64,000 nt of DNA from Malacoraja senta (Eukaryota), in assembly GCA_038087875.1 (NCBI GenBank), contig CM075990.1:682001-746000 (forward strand). Reading direction: 5' to 3'. A model generated the notes under the pieces. It worked only from the letters and a program-made list of their open reading frames with translations, ran no database searches and had not been told where the DNA came from. The translations under genes were made by a program, and so were the position numbers. Below are positions 48,440 through 61,467 of this stretch, piece by piece; within the stretch, counting starts at the first letter, position 1; the number at the start of each line of letters is the position of its first letter.

Positions 48440-49405
48440 CCTAGACCCACTATAATTTGCCTACCGTCACAACAGATCAATGAGGGATGTGCTCGCTGGC
48501 TCTCCACTCTACACTGGACCACTTTGACAATAAGAACATATAAACGTCAGGCTGTTGTTCATCGACTACAGCTCAGCATTCAATACTATCATCTCCTCAA
48601 TACCCACTACCAAGCTCAGGAAACTGGGTCTCTGCACATCCCTTTGCATCTGAATCCTCGACTTCCTCATCAACAGACAATAATCGGTGTCAATTGGCAA
48701 AATGCTTCCTCCTCGACAAGCAGCAACACATGGGCCCCTCAAGGCAGTGTGCTCAGTCCCCATCTCGACTCACTCTGTACCCATGATATGGCAGCGGATA
48801 CAGTTCCAACTCATCTTTAAATTCGCAGACAACACCACTGCTGTTGGATGAATTACAGTAATGATGAGTTACCATAATGAGGAGGGAGATTCGGTCATCA
48901 AATGGAATGGTGCCAGAACAACAACCTTGCGTAAGACCAAGGAGCTGAGTGTGGAATGTAGAAGAGGAAGACCAAGTCTCCATGGACTTGTCATCACCGA
49001 TGGTTCTGTGTTGGGAGAGAGACAACTTCAAGTTTCAGGGCATGCATATCTGTGAAGATCTTAGCACATTGATGCAATCATAATGAAAGCCCATCAACGC
49101 CTCTACTTCCTTAGAAGCTTGAGGAGATTCAGCAAGTTGACCAATACACTTTTGAACCTCCACAGGTGTACAGTGGAGAGCATATTGACTGGTTGCATCA
49201 CCACCTGGTTCGGCAACTTGAATACCCAGAAATAAAGGTGATTGCAAAAAAGTGGTGGAATCTGCCCGGCCCATCACAGGTACTGACCTTCAAACCATCG
49301 AAGGAATCTTCAGGAGGACCTTCACCACCCTGGCCACACTCGCATTTCATTCCTGCCATCAGGAAGAAGGTACAGGAGTCTGAAAACAGTGACCTCCAGG
49401 TTCAG
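48440..49405 (+). mobile_element. Decayed Rex1/Babar RT fragment
   Basis: VRLLFIDYSSAFNTI-like, APQGSVLSP, FKFADNTT, AHQRLYFLR. Confidence 0.8.
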
Positions 49406-50494
49406 TTTCCCAACAACCGATCCCTGAGGTATACCACTTGTCACAGGCCTCCAATCTGAAAAACAACCTTCTACCTCTGCATCCTTCCATGAAGCCAATT
49501 TTCTATCCAGTCAGCTCGCTCTCCCTGGATTCCATGCAATCTGATTTTACAGAGATTATGGAATGGTTAATGGAGTTTAACGGTTTAATGTGCGAGGTGT
49601 TGCATTGTGAAACCTACACAGAGAATGGCAGGGTTCTGGGGAATGAAGTAGACCTCCTTAGGGTGGCCCAGTGGCACAATGGTAGAGTTGCTGCCTGACA
49701 GTGCAAGTGACCCGGATTTGATGCTGTTTTTATGGAGTTCTTACTTTCTTCGGGTGATTGGGTTTCCTCCCACACTTCAAAGATGTACCGGTGTGCAGAT
49801 TAATTAGCCAGTGTAAATCTAGTGAGTAGGATTGTGCTACTGTACAGGGTTATCGCAGGTTGATGCGGACTCAGTAGGTGAAAGGGCGATTTTCATGCTG
49901 TATCATTGAAGTCTAAGGCTGCGGATCTAGGAGTGCAGGTACATGGTCCCTTGAAAGCGGCATCACAGGTGGATAGGGTGGTCAACACTGGCCTTCTTCA
50001 GTCAGAATATTGAGTGTAGAATTTGGGATGTTACATTACTGTTGTACAAGATGTGGGTGAGGCTACATTTGGAGTACTCTGTTTCATTTTGGTCATTCTG
50101 TAATAGGAAAGATGGTGTTAAGATGGAAAGAGTACAGTGGAGATTTACATGAATATCGCCAGGACTTAAGGACCTGAGCTACAGGGAGAAGTTGGGCAGG
50201 CTAGGACTCGATTCTTTGGAGTGCAGGGGGGGTGATCTTATAGAGGTGTTTAGGGTCATGAGGGGAATAGATAGGTTAGATCAACAGTTGTTTACCCATT
50301 CTAGGGAAATCAAGATCCAAATTTAAGGTGAGAGAATAAAGATACATAATCCATATCCCTCTATTCCTAGCCCTTCCATGTGCCTATCTAAAAGCCTCTT
50401 AAACGCCACTATCATATCTGCCTCCACCACCCCTAGTCTTTATCCTTATTACATTCCAATGAGTTGCCATATTTTCCCATCAGGTTGCACTTCA

Positions 50495-50675
50495 GAAGAT
50501 AGACACAACATGCTGGAGTAACTCAGCGGGACAGGCAGCAGCTCTGGAGAGAAGGAATGGGTGACAAAACGTCACCCATTCCTTCTCTCCAGAGATGCCG
50601 CCTGTCCCGCTGAGTTACTCCAGCATGTTGTGTCTATCTTTGACTTAAACCAGCATCTACAGTTCTTTCCTACAC
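50495..50675. mobile_element. Palindromic Penelope pLTR module (hammerhead core deleted)
   Basis: gaagatagacacaacatgctggagtaactcagcgggacaggc / exact inverse; tcagaag on both flanks. Confidence 0.8.
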
Positions 50676-52099
50676 GTCAGAAGTTATCACTTTGCTGCAG
50701 AGCGCGTCCTGTGAATGGGAACAGTGATCCATAAATAGGTGAAAGTGAACTGCCCTAGCCTCTCAGTGCCAGTTTCCATCCAAACATCGGGTGCTCTCTG
50801 TGTGGAGTTTGCATGTTTTCCCTCTCACCTTGTCGGTTTCTACAGGGCTCTAGTTTCCACCCACATCCCACAGACTTGCAGGTTGCTAGGTTAATTGTTG
50901 CCCTTAGTTTTCAGGGGAGAGGTAGAACCTGAGGATAGTCAATGCGGATATTTCGAGAATAAATAATGGCACAAATTGTTGCTTGGTGGTCAGCATGGAC
51001 TCAATGCGAGGTGAAGGGCCTGTTTACATGCCTTATCACTCTGTGAATTCATAACAAGTTTTTGCTTTGTTTCAGATATAGTGCTTTCATTTTGTACATG
51101 TAGATTTGCAATTAGTTTTGGCTCAATGGTAGCATATATACAGTACATCTGAGAGAGAAACTTCTGAGTTCAAGCTCTGGTCCACAGACGTGTACAGTAT
51201 TAAGGGTGAATCCTCCAGCAGTGTTGAAGGAGTCCTGCGCTCTCAATCTCTTCTGATGTTTATGGGTGTAAAATATTATATGATGGTAGAAATTAATCCT
51301 TAATGGCATGAACCGAATGTACGCATCCCTGTTAGAACATACTGTGGAACGGTACAGCGCAAGATCAAGTATTTTGGCCCACAATGTCTGTGCCAAACAT
51401 GATGCAAAGAACATCACTTATCTACCTGCACGTAACCCATATCCCTCCATTCCCCTCATGTCTTATGCCTATCCAAAAGTCTTTTAAATGTCAGTAATAT
51501 ATCTGCTTCAAACATCACACTGTCAGCGCGTTCCAGGCACCTACCGCCCTCTGTGTAAGAAACGTTGCCCGCACCATGCCTTTATATTACGTTCCTCTCA
51601 CCATCAAGCTACATCCTCTCGTATTTGATATTTCCATTCAGGGAAAACAACTCTGACAGTTTATCCTACCTATGCCTCTCATCATTTTATACACTTCTAT
51701 CAGGTCTCCCCGCAACCTCTAGCATTCCGGAGAACACAATATACTTCTTTCCACCATTTCCCCTTTAGCTAATATCTCATCAATGCATCACCCTGGTGTC
51801 ACAGATAGAAAAGGTGGTCAAGAAGGCTTTCAGCACATTGGCCTTCACCAGTCAGGGTTTAGAGTATAGATGTTGAGAAGTGACTTATGTTACAACTGTA
51901 CAAAGTGCTGGTGAGGCCACTGCTGGAGTATTGTGTTCAGATTTGATCACCCTGCTTTAGGAAAGATATTGTGAAACTGCAGAGAGTGCAGAGAAAATTC
52001 ACGAGGGTGTTGTCAGGACTTGAGGGATTGAGCTATATAGGAGAGGTTGGTGTATTTGATCTCGAAGGGAATAGATAGGATAAATATACAGAGTCTCTT

Positions 52100-52526
52100 T
52101 CCCAGAGGAGGGGAATCAAGAACCAGAAGGGGGGATCTTATGGAAACATATAAAATTATAAAAAGACTGGACAAGCTAGATGCAGGCAAAATGTTCCCAA
52201 TGTTGGGCGAGTCCAGAACCAGGGCCCACAGTCTTAGAATAAAGGGGAGGCCATTTAAGACTGAGCTGAGAAAAAACGTTTTCACCCAGAGAGTTGTGAA
52301 TTTGTGGAATTCCCTGCCACAGACAGTGGAGGCCAAATCATTGGATGGATTTAAGAGAGAGTTAGATAGAGCTCTAGGGGCTAGTGGAATCAAGGGATTT
52401 GGGGAGAAGGCAGGCACGGGTTATTGATTGGGGATGATCAGCCATGATCACAATGAATGGCGGTGCTGGCTCGAAGGGCCGAATGGCCTCCTCCTGCACC
52501 TATTTTCTATGTTTCTATGTTTCTAA
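52100..52526 (+). mobile_element. CR1-like 3' end nested in an older CR1 (~51790-52800)
   Basis: GDLMETYKI..RTRAHSL..FTQRVVNLWNSLP; ttctatgtttctatg tail. Confidence 0.85.
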
Positions 52527-54264
52527 GTCCTAGGTTCAAGGTGAGAGGGGAAGATTTAATAAGGAATCTGAGGGGCAAATCTTTCACACAAATAGTGGGT
52601 ATATGGAATGAACTGCTGGAGAAGGTAGTTGGGGTAGAAACCATAACATTTAAAATTCATTTGTACAGGTACATGGATAGGAAGGTTTTAGAGGGACATG
52701 GACCAAACTCAGGCTGATGGGACTAATGTCATTGGAGCGTATTGGCCGGCATGTGCAGGTTGGGCCAACGGGTCTGTTTCCGTCCAGTAAGACTGTATGA
52801 CCTTATTTCTTATCACCTTATTTAAAACTTATCCATCCCTTTTATTGAAGGAAAAAAAATTGCCCTACATAACAGTAAAAAGCTTCTCAAAAAAGGTGAT
52901 ACAAGGAGAGAAGTGGATTGTTTTCTCTGGAATCCTGGAGGTTGCGGAGGGACCTGATAGAAGTATATAAAATTATCAGAGGCATAGATAGGGGAAACCG
53001 TCAGAATCTTTTTCACAGGACTTCCAGAGTGAAGGAAAAATGTTTGCATTGATGAAATTAACATTGGCAAGGAGATCAGAGGTCCAGCTTAGATTAGCCA
53101 CATGAGCTCTAGATAGTTTCTGGCTTTCTTGGAGCTGCTTCAACTCTCCCAGTTAAATTGCAAATTTAGGAATAAATCCTTGATTATGTGTATCTAGTTC
53201 AAGTTCAAGTTACATTTATTGTCACATACACCAATTGGTGCAGTGAAATTTGAGTTACCTTGCAGAAAATAAAATAAAAAGAACACAACACTATATCAGC
53301 CATGATCACATTGAATGGCGGTGCTGGCTCGAAGGGTCGAATGGCCTCCTCCTGCACCTATTGTCTGTTGTCTATTGTCTATAGAATTTAACATGAACAT
53401 CCTCCACAGCGGAATCAATGTTTCCCACTGTGAAGGAAGGCAATAAAGTTCAGACATCTTCCTCTTGTTCATCCGTGGTCGGGGCCTCTTTGAGCCCTCC
53501 GCATTTGCCCGCAACGGCGGACCTATGTTTCAAGCCCTCTCGCCGGGATGATCGAAACACCGGCGTCGGAACGGAAGAACACTCTTAGCAGCTTGGAGTT
53601 CCGAATCGGCCACATCTTGCCGGAGACCTGGGCTCCCGAAGTCCACAGGCCGAGCTGGGCGGAGCTGCAACACTGGCGATCCTCGGTGAAAGATCCCAGG
53701 CCTCCGCGATGTTAAAGTCAGCGCCACCCGCGGCTGGAAGCTCCGCAGACCACAACTCCACGGTGTTAAAGTCGGCAGGCCCTCCGGAGCTCCAACACGG
53801 CGATACCCAGTAAGGAATCGCCCGCTCCGCGATGGAATTCAGTGCTGCGCCGCTGCTGAATCTCTGGCCGGTCTCCAGATGGCCATCTAATCCAGATGGT
53901 AGGCCGCGAGGGGGGGGGTGAAGATGCGGCTCAGAGAAAAGACCCATCCTCGACCAGGTAGTGACTGGGAAACGGTTTTCCCCTTCCCCCCCCGCCCGCC
54001 CCCCACATAAAAAAGACTAAAAGACCTCCAAAGACACACTTTTAGACAGACTCAAAACAACAAAAAGGGTGAAAGGACGGACAGCTGCTGGCGAGGCTGC
54101 CACACTCGATGGCGCCCCCACTCAGGGTGATCGATCCTGCTGTGACATTTGATAACTATCTTCAATACCACACACTTTAATATCAAATGCAATGTATTAA
54201 TGATGCCCACCACTGGTTACAGGCTTCCAGTCCGAAAACAACCTTCACCGACTGCTTTTGTTCA

Positions 54265-54549
54265 CTTCGGCCCACCGAGTCTGAGCCGACCAGTGATCCC
54301 CGCATATTAACACTACCCTACACACACTAGGGATCATTTTTACTGTACATTTACCAAGCCAATTTACCTACAAAACCTGGACGTCTTTGGAGTGTGGGGA
54401 GGAAACCGAAGATCTCAGGGAAAACCCACGCGGTCACGAGGAAAATGTACAAACCCCGTACAGATAGCACCCGTAGTCGAGATCAAACCCGTGTCTCCAG
54501 TGCAAGTGCTGTGAGGCAGCAACTCTACCGCTGCGCCACCATGCCACCC
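54265..54549 (-). mobile_element. tRNA-derived V-SINE
   Basis: Reverse head ctaccgctgcgccacc; gtctttggagtgtgggagg core. Confidence 0.85.
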
Positions 54550-55132
54550 GTTACTTTTGTGATTTTTTCAGGCAAATCACGTACAACATGAAGTGGGAAA
54601 AACAGGGAAGCAGACTACAGAATACAATGTTACAGATGCAGAGAAAGTGCCAATTAAATAAAGTGCATGGCTGCGACAGAGTATACTGGAAGATATTGGG
54701 ATACATCCTTGGTTTATGGCAGGTCATTTTAATGAGTCGGATAACAGTGGGAAGAAGGAGCTAAACACAAAATGCTGGAGGAACTCAACAGGTCAGTCCT
54801 CCCAGCACTTTCTGTTTGGCTCAAGATCCCAACACTTGTAGTATCTTGTGTCTCTATCAGCAAGGAAGAAGCTGATTCTGAACCTGGCCTGAATATGGTT
54901 TCAAGCTTTTTTATCTTGGGTTCAACGGGAGAGGGGAGAAGACAGAATTATGGGGGGGTGTGTGTGGTCCTTGATTATGTTGGCTCTTTTCTATTGCAGC
55001 GTGGTGTAGATGAAGTCGTTGGGGAGGCGTATTTGTGTGATGGACTGAGCTACATCCACATCTCCTCCGCAACGTCAGACTCATATTCATAGACTCCAGC
55101 TCTGCATTTAACAACATTATCCCATCCAAGGT

Positions 55133-56357
55133 CAATAGACAATAGACAATAGGTAATACGTGCAGGAGCAGGCCATTCGGCCCTTCGAGCCAGCATTCAA
55201 TGTGATCATGGCTGATCATCCTCAATCAGTACCCCGTTCCTGTCTTCTCCCCATATCCCCTGACTCCGCTATTTTTAAGAGCCCTATCTAGCTCTCTCTT
55301 GAAAGCATCCAGAGAACCAGCCTCCACCGCCCTCTGAGGCAGAGAATTCCACAGACTCACCACTGTGTGAGAAAAAGTGTTTCCTCGTCTCTGTTCTAAA
55401 TGGCTTACTCCTAATTCTTAAACTGTGGCCCCTGGTTCTGGACTCCTCCAACATCGGGAACATGTTTCCTGCCTTTAGCGTGTCCAAATCCTTAACAATC
55501 TTATATGTTTCAATGAGATCCCCTCTCATCCTTCTAAACTCCAGAGGGCACAAGACCAGCTGCTCTATTCTCTCAACATATGACAGTCTCCCCATCACGG
55601 GAATTAACCTTGTAAACCTATGCTGCACCCCCTCAATGGCAAGAATGTCCTTCCTCAAATTAGGGGACTAAAATTGCACACAATACACCAGGTGTGGTCT
55701 CACTAGGGCTCTGTACAACTGCAGAAGGACCTCTTTGCTCCTATATTCAATTCCTCTTGTTATAAAGGCCAACATGCCATTCGCTTTCTTCACTGCCTGC
55801 TGTACCTGCATGCTTACTTTCATAGACTGATGTACAAGGACCCCCAGATCCCATTGTACTTCCCCTTTTCCCAACTTGACGCCATTTAGATAGTAATCTG
55901 CCTCCCTGTTTTTGCTACCAAAGTGGATAACCTCACATTTATCCACATTAAACTTCATCTGCCATGCATCTGCCCACTCCCCCAACCTGTCCAAGTCACC
56001 CTGCATTCTCATAGCATCCTCCTCACAGTTCACACTGCCACCCAGCTTTGTGTCATCTGCAAATTTGCTAATGTTACTTTGAATCCCTTCATCCAAATCA
56101 TTGATGTATATTGTAAATAGCTGCGATCCCAGCATCGAGCCTTGCGGTACCCCACTAGTCACTGCCTGCCATTCTGAAAGGGACCCGTTAATCCCTACTC
56201 TTTGTTTCCTGTCTGCCAACCACTTCTCTATCCATGTCAGCACTCTACCCCCAATACCATGTGCCCTAATTTTGCCCACTAATCTCTTATGTGGGACCTT
56301 ATCAAATGCTTTCTGAAAGTCCAGGTACACTACATCCACTGGCTCTCCCTTGTCCAT
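55133..56357 (-). mobile_element. Relatively young 5'-truncated CR1-like LINE (RT to 3' UTR)
   Basis: Open frame 55668-56357: [30 protein letters not shown]; (ctattgt)n tail. Confidence 0.92.
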
Positions 56358-56403
56358 TTTATTGCCATTACCAAACTCGCGGGACTTGGAGTCAGCACTC
56401 AAC

Positions 56404-56480
56404 TTCATTCATTCATTCATTCATTCATTTATTAATTCATTCATTCATTCATTCATTCATTCATTCATTCATTCATTCAT
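56404..56480. repeat. (TTCA)n microsatellite
   Basis: Direct reading. Confidence 0.95.
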
Positions 56481-57211
56481 CAAGGCATAGTATCTTTATT
56501 TTCTTTGGCACTGGAATGATGGTGAGGGTTTTTTAAGCAGATGGGGAGAAAGGAAGAATATGCCACCCAAAAGGTCCTGAAGGCTCAGTGGATGGTTGAA
56601 CCTGCCTGGAGTTTGTTCGCCGGGAACCACCAGAGGCTCCGTCGAAAGGCTGGATGGGAACGGAGGAGTCGGACGGGAACGGAGGCGGCCGAACGCGCAC
56701 GGCGGTGGAGCCCGGGGGCCTGGATCGATGGAGCAGAGGAGACAGGAGTGGACTGGGCGGCGTTCGCCGAGGAGGTCGGCTTGGTGGTTGTTGAGGGCAC
56801 CGGCGGTCGAGGACGGGCCGCATGGGAGCCAGAGGATGCACTGCCGGGAACAAAAATGACCCAGCGTGGGGAGACCACCATGAGGGTGTGGGAGTACAAA
56901 GGAGGACCCAACGAGGGGGGACCACCAGGAGGGGGGCAGGGTGGGGGGAGAACAAAGGAGAACCCAGCGTGAGATACTTTTGCATACCTTGGGTATGCAA
57001 AACAAAGAATTTCACTGTGAGTTATCAATAAATTATTAATTCATCTCTGCAACTGGATCCTCGACTTCCTGATCAACAGACCCCAATCAGTGAGGAGTTG
57101 GGACAAATCATCCTCCATGATAATATTCAACACCAGTGCTCTGCAAGGATGCGTTCTCAGCCCCCTTCTTTACTCCTTGTACACCCACGACTGCGCAGCC
57201 ACGAATAAATC

Positions 57212-60200
57212 CCTAGAAGATTTATTAGACGCCCTCGACCCAAGATGGCGCCTGCCTGCGCCGACTTTTGCGGAGCACCAGAACAGAAAAGGTTCACCTA
57301 CAACTTCTATCAACTCACCTGCATCAGGGAAACGGCAGTAATCGGTGCCGTTTCAGACAAGCTGCTTGGGCAGCTGAAAGCGCTGGCAATTTCGCGATCT
57401 CCCGCAGCTGCGGGAGCCCTGGACTTTAAACTTTCCCACGCTGGCTGCAGGACTCCCGACCCGACTGAGGATCCCAGGTACTGTACCTGGGAACCCCGGG
57501 ATGACCTCCAGAGCCAACGGGCCGGATCTCCCAGGAACAATGGAGCTGGAGCTGCCGACTTTGAAGGTACCCCCGTTCGTTACGGAGCTGGAGCTGCCGT
57601 CTGTGAAGGAATCCCCGTTCCAGCGCAGGTCCGCAGAAACAGCAGGTACAGGAAACTCAGCACCTGGAAACAAAGGGGAAGCCTCCATTGTGTCCGGAAA
57701 CGTGGCCGACGGGCAGGACTTCAGGTCAGACTGAAGCGCTGGGGACTTCGAACCCCTCTCCCTACTATCCTACTGGCCAACGTACAGTCCCTTGAAAATA
57801 AAGTGGAGGACTTAAGGGCAAGACTGCTTTATCAAAGGGAGCTGAGGGAATGCTCTGTGTTCTGTTTCACAGAGACATGGCTCACCCCCAGCTCCCCAGA
57901 TTCAGCGGTCCAGCCTGAAGGGTTCTCCATCCATCGTATGGACCGTACACTGGCATCTGGGAAAGGGAGAGGTGGGGGCGTCTGCCTCATGGTCAACTCT
58001 GCGTGGTGCTCAGACGTGGCAGTCCTGTCCAACTCCTGCTCTCCACACCTCGAACATCTGGCGGTGAGGTGTCGTCCCTTCTACCTTCCGAGGGAATTCA
58101 CCTCCATCATCCTGACCGCGGTCTACATCCCACCCCAGGCAGACATCCGTCTGGCACTGGAGGAGCTGCACGCCGTGGTCAACAAACACCAGACGTCTTA
58201 CCCCGAGGCGTTTACCACCATAGCCGGGGACTTCAATAAGGCAAACCTAAAGAAATCACTCCCTAACTTCCACCAACATGTCTCCTGCTGCACCAGAGGA
58301 TCAAACACCCTCGACCACTGCTACACCACCATCAAGAATGCCTATCGCTCTATCCCTCGCCCTCACTTCGGTAAATCCGACCATACTGCGGTCCTGCTTC
58401 TTCCTGCCTACAGGCAGCAATTAAAGAGCGCACCCCCAGAGGTGAGGACAGTACAGAGCTGGTCGGGGGGGGGGGGGGGGGCAGAGGAACAACTCCAGGA
58501 CTGTTTGGAGTCTGTAGACTGGGCAATGTTCAAGGACTCTGCAACGGACCTGAACGAATACGCCACAGTCGTTACAGACTTCATTAAGAAGTGTGTGGAT
58601 GACTGCATCCCCACCAAAACCTTCCGAGCGTTTCCCAAACAGAAACCTTGGATGAACTTTGAGATCCGCACTCTTCTGAAGTCCAGACACCGGGCATTCA
58701 TGTCTGATGATACAGTGGCCTACAAGGAGTCCAGATACGACCTTGGTAAGGCCATCAAAAAGGCCAAAAGGAACTTCTGCTCCAAACTGGAAGAAGAGAC
58801 TGATGTTCGGCGGCTGTGGCAGGGCCTGAATGCAATCACCTCTTACAAGGCGAAATCAGGAGGCAGCTCGAATGTTGGCGAAACATCACTCCCTGATGAG
58901 CTCAATGCGTTTTACGCACGCTTTGATAGGGAGAACACCGATGTGCCTTGCCGAGCCCCCATTCGCTGTGATGGTATTTCAGTCTCAGTCACAGAGGCCG
59001 ACGTCAGGAAATCCTTCAGAGGGGTGAACCCTCGAAAAGCGCCTGGACCTGATGGTATACCTGGTCGCGTTCTAAAAACCTGTGCGGACCAACTGGCTGG
59101 AGTTTTTACAGACCTCTCACTTCTGAGGTCTGAGATCCCCACCTGCTTCAAAAGGGCATCAATTATACCAGTGCCCAAGAAGAGTAAGGTAACGTGCCTC
59201 AATGACTATCGACCTGTGGCACTAACGCCTGTGATGAAGTGCTTTGAGAGGTTGATCATGACGCAGATCAACTCCTACCTCGACAAAAACCTGGACCCAC
59301 TGCAGTTCGCTTACCGCCACAACAGATCAACGGTGGATGCGATCTCGCTGGCCCTCCACTCCGCTCTGGACCACTTGGACAACAAAAACTCATATGTCAG
59401 GCTGTTATTCATCGATTACAGCTCGGCATTTAACACAATCATCCCCTCCAACCTGGTTACCAAACTCGCAGAACTGGGTCTCTGTGCATCCCTCTGCAAT
59501 TGGATCCTCGACTTCCTCACTCTAAGACCACAGTCTGTTCGTATTGGTGGAAATGTGTCAGACTCGATAACAATTAGCACGGGAGCACCTCAAGGCTGCG
59601 TGCTCAGTCCCCTGCTGTACTCACTCTATACTCATGACTGCGTAGCCAGACATAGTGCGAACTCCATCATCAAGTTCGCTGATGACACCACTGTTGTGGG
59701 ACGTATCACTGATGGGGATGAGTCAGAGTATAGAAGAGAGATCGAGCAACTGTCCATATGGTGCCAGCACAACAACCTGGCCCTTAACACCAGCAAAACC
59801 AAGGAACTGATTATGGACTTTGGAAGGAGTAGGATGGGGACCCACAGTCCCGTTTATATCAACGGGTCGATGGTTGAAAGGGTCAAGAGCTTCAAATTCC
59901 TGGGCGTGCACATCTCTGAAGATCTTTCCTGGTCCGAGAACAATGATGCCATTATTAAGAAAGCACATCAGCGCCTCTACTTCCTGAGAAGATTACGGAG
60001 AGTCGGTTTGTCAAGGAGGACTCTCTCTAACTTCTACAGGTGCACAGTAGAGAGCATGCTGACCGGTTGCATCGTGGCTTGGTTCGGCAACTTGAGTGCC
60101 CTGGAGAGGAAAAGACTACAAAAAGGAGTAAACACTGCCCAGTCCATCATCGGCTCTGACCTCCCTTCCATCGAGGGGATCTACCACAGTCGCTGCCTCA

Positions 60201-60539
60201 AAAAGGCTGGCAGCATCATCAAGGACCCACACCATCCTGGCCACACACTCATCTCCCTACTACCTTCAGGTAGAAGGTACAGGAGCCTGAAGACTGCAAC
60301 GACCAGGTTCAGGAACAGCTACTTCCCCACAGCCATCAGGCTATTAAACCTGGCTCGGACATAACACTGAACTTTACTAGCCAATACTGTTATTTGCACT
60401 TTATCAATATATTGACCATTGTGTATAGATTTATAGAATGCCTTGTAGTAAATGCCTACTATGTTCTGTTGTGCTCAAGCAAAGCAAGAATTTAATTGTC
60501 CTACCAGGGACACATGACAATAAACTCACTTGACTTGAC
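57212..60539 (+). mobile_element. Apparently full-length young Rex1/Babar LINE
   Basis: Single long ORF; caagatggcg at the 5' end; 3' aataaa + (cttga)n tail; putative aaatc TSD at 57207-57211 and 60540-60544. Confidence 0.9.
57245..60364 (+). CDS. Rex1/Babar LINE protein: apurinic-like endonuclease + reverse transcriptase (1039 aa)
   Basis: ANVQSL, FTETWL, GGGVC, AGDFN, TLDHCY, SDH (APE); PGPDG, YRPVAL, QFAYR, FIDYSSAFNT, GAPQG, KFADD (RT). Confidence 0.93.
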   Translation: MAPACADFCGAPEQKRFTYNFYQLTCIRETAVIGAVSDKLLGQLKALAISRSPAAAGALDFKLSHAGCRTPDPTEDPRYCTWEPRDDLQSQRAGSPRNNGAGAADFEGTPVRYGAGAAVCEGIPVPAQVRRNSRYRKLSTWKQRGSLHCVRKRGRRAGLQVRLKRWGLRTPLPTILLANVQSLENKVEDLRARLLYQRELRECSVFCFTETWLTPSSPDSAVQPEGFSIHRMDRTLASGKGRGGGVCLMVNSAWCSDVAVLSNSCSPHLEHLAVRCRPFYLPREFTSIILTAVYIPPQADIRLALEELHAVVNKHQTSYPEAFTTIAGDFNKANLKKSLPNFHQHVSCCTRGSNTLDHCYTTIKNAYRSIPRPHFGKSDHTAVLLLPAYRQQLKSAPPEVRTVQSWSGGGGGAEEQLQDCLESVDWAMFKDSATDLNEYATVVTDFIKKCVDDCIPTKTFRAFPKQKPWMNFEIRTLLKSRHRAFMSDDTVAYKESRYDLGKAIKKAKRNFCSKLEEETDVRRLWQGLNAITSYKAKSGGSSNVGETSLPDELNAFYARFDRENTDVPCRAPIRCDGISVSVTEADVRKSFRGVNPRKAPGPDGIPGRVLKTCADQLAGVFTDLSLLRSEIPTCFKRASIIPVPKKSKVTCLNDYRPVALTPVMKCFERLIMTQINSYLDKNLDPLQFAYRHNRSTVDAISLALHSALDHLDNKNSYVRLLFIDYSSAFNTIIPSNLVTKLAELGLCASLCNWILDFLTLRPQSVRIGGNVSDSITISTGAPQGCVLSPLLYSLYTHDCVARHSANSIIKFADDTTVVGRITDGDESEYRREIEQLSIWCQHNNLALNTSKTKELIMDFGRSRMGTHSPVYINGSMVERVKSFKFLGVHISEDLSWSENNDAIIKKAHQRLYFLRRLRRVGLSRRTLSNFYRCTVESMLTGCIVAWFGNLSALERKRLQKGVNTAQSIIGSDLPSIEGIYHSRCLKKAGSIIKDPHHPGHTLISLLPSGRRYRSLKTATTRFRNSYFPTAIRLLNLART

Positions 60540-61467
60540 AAATCTAATTCCAGTTTCAAATTTGCAGACGACACCACCATTGTCGGCCGGATATCAAATA
60601 ATGATGATACGGAGTACAGGAAGGAGATTGAGAACTTTGTGTCCTGGTTTCGGGACAAACAACCTTTGTCTCAATGTCTGCAAGACAAAGGAGATAGTGA
60701 TCGACTTCGGGAAGTGAAGTGGTACACATGCTCCAGCTTGCATTGACGCCGCCGAAGTAGAGATGGTTGAATACTTCAAATTCGAGGAGTCAATATCACC
60801 AACAACTTCTCCTGGACCATCCATATTGAAGTAACGACCAAGAAAGCACATCAATGCCTCTACTTCCTTAGAAGGCTTAGGAAGCCAAGCATGTCCCTTA
60901 CAACTCTCACCAACTTCTACAGATGCGCTATAGAAAACATTTTATCAGGATGCATCACAGATTGGGTTGGGAACGGCTCCATCCAAGACAGCAAGAAATT
61001 GCAGAAAATTGTCGACGCACCCCAGACCATCATACAAATATTGACACCATTAATACCTCACGCTGCCACGGCAAGACCAGCAGCATAATCAAGGACTAGC
61101 CGCATCCAGGCCACTCCCTCTTCCCCCCTCTCCGATTGGGCACAAAATATAGAAGTGTAAAAACGCACACCACCAGATTCAGGGACAGTTTCTTCCCAGC
61201 TGTTATCAGGCAACTAAATAATCCAACCACAACCAGAGAGCAGTGCTTTACCGGACTTGATCTTGCACTAAACGTTATTCATGTTATTTCCTTTATCATG
61301 TATTTGTACACTGCGGATGGCTCGATTCTAATCATGTATCAGCTTTCTGCTGATTGGTTACCATGCCACAAAAGCATTTCACTGTACCTCAGTCCACTTG
61401 ATAATAAACTAATCTCAAACTCAAACTGAAACTACAACTAATTGTGTGCAATAATGCATTGAGCACT

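Larger units (their letters stand above)
57043..61430 (+). mobile_element. Older Rex1/Babar copy split by the young insertion (57043-57211 and 60540-61430)
   Basis: ..QGCVLSPLLYSLYTHDCAAT | SNSSFKFADDTT.. reads on across the insertion. Confidence 0.85.

Noticed and set aside
56496..57031. Overlapping 140-170-aa ORFs on both strands
   Set aside because: GC-rich LINE 3' UTR-type repeat (gggagaacaaagg motif also at ~13398 and ~48263); not coding.
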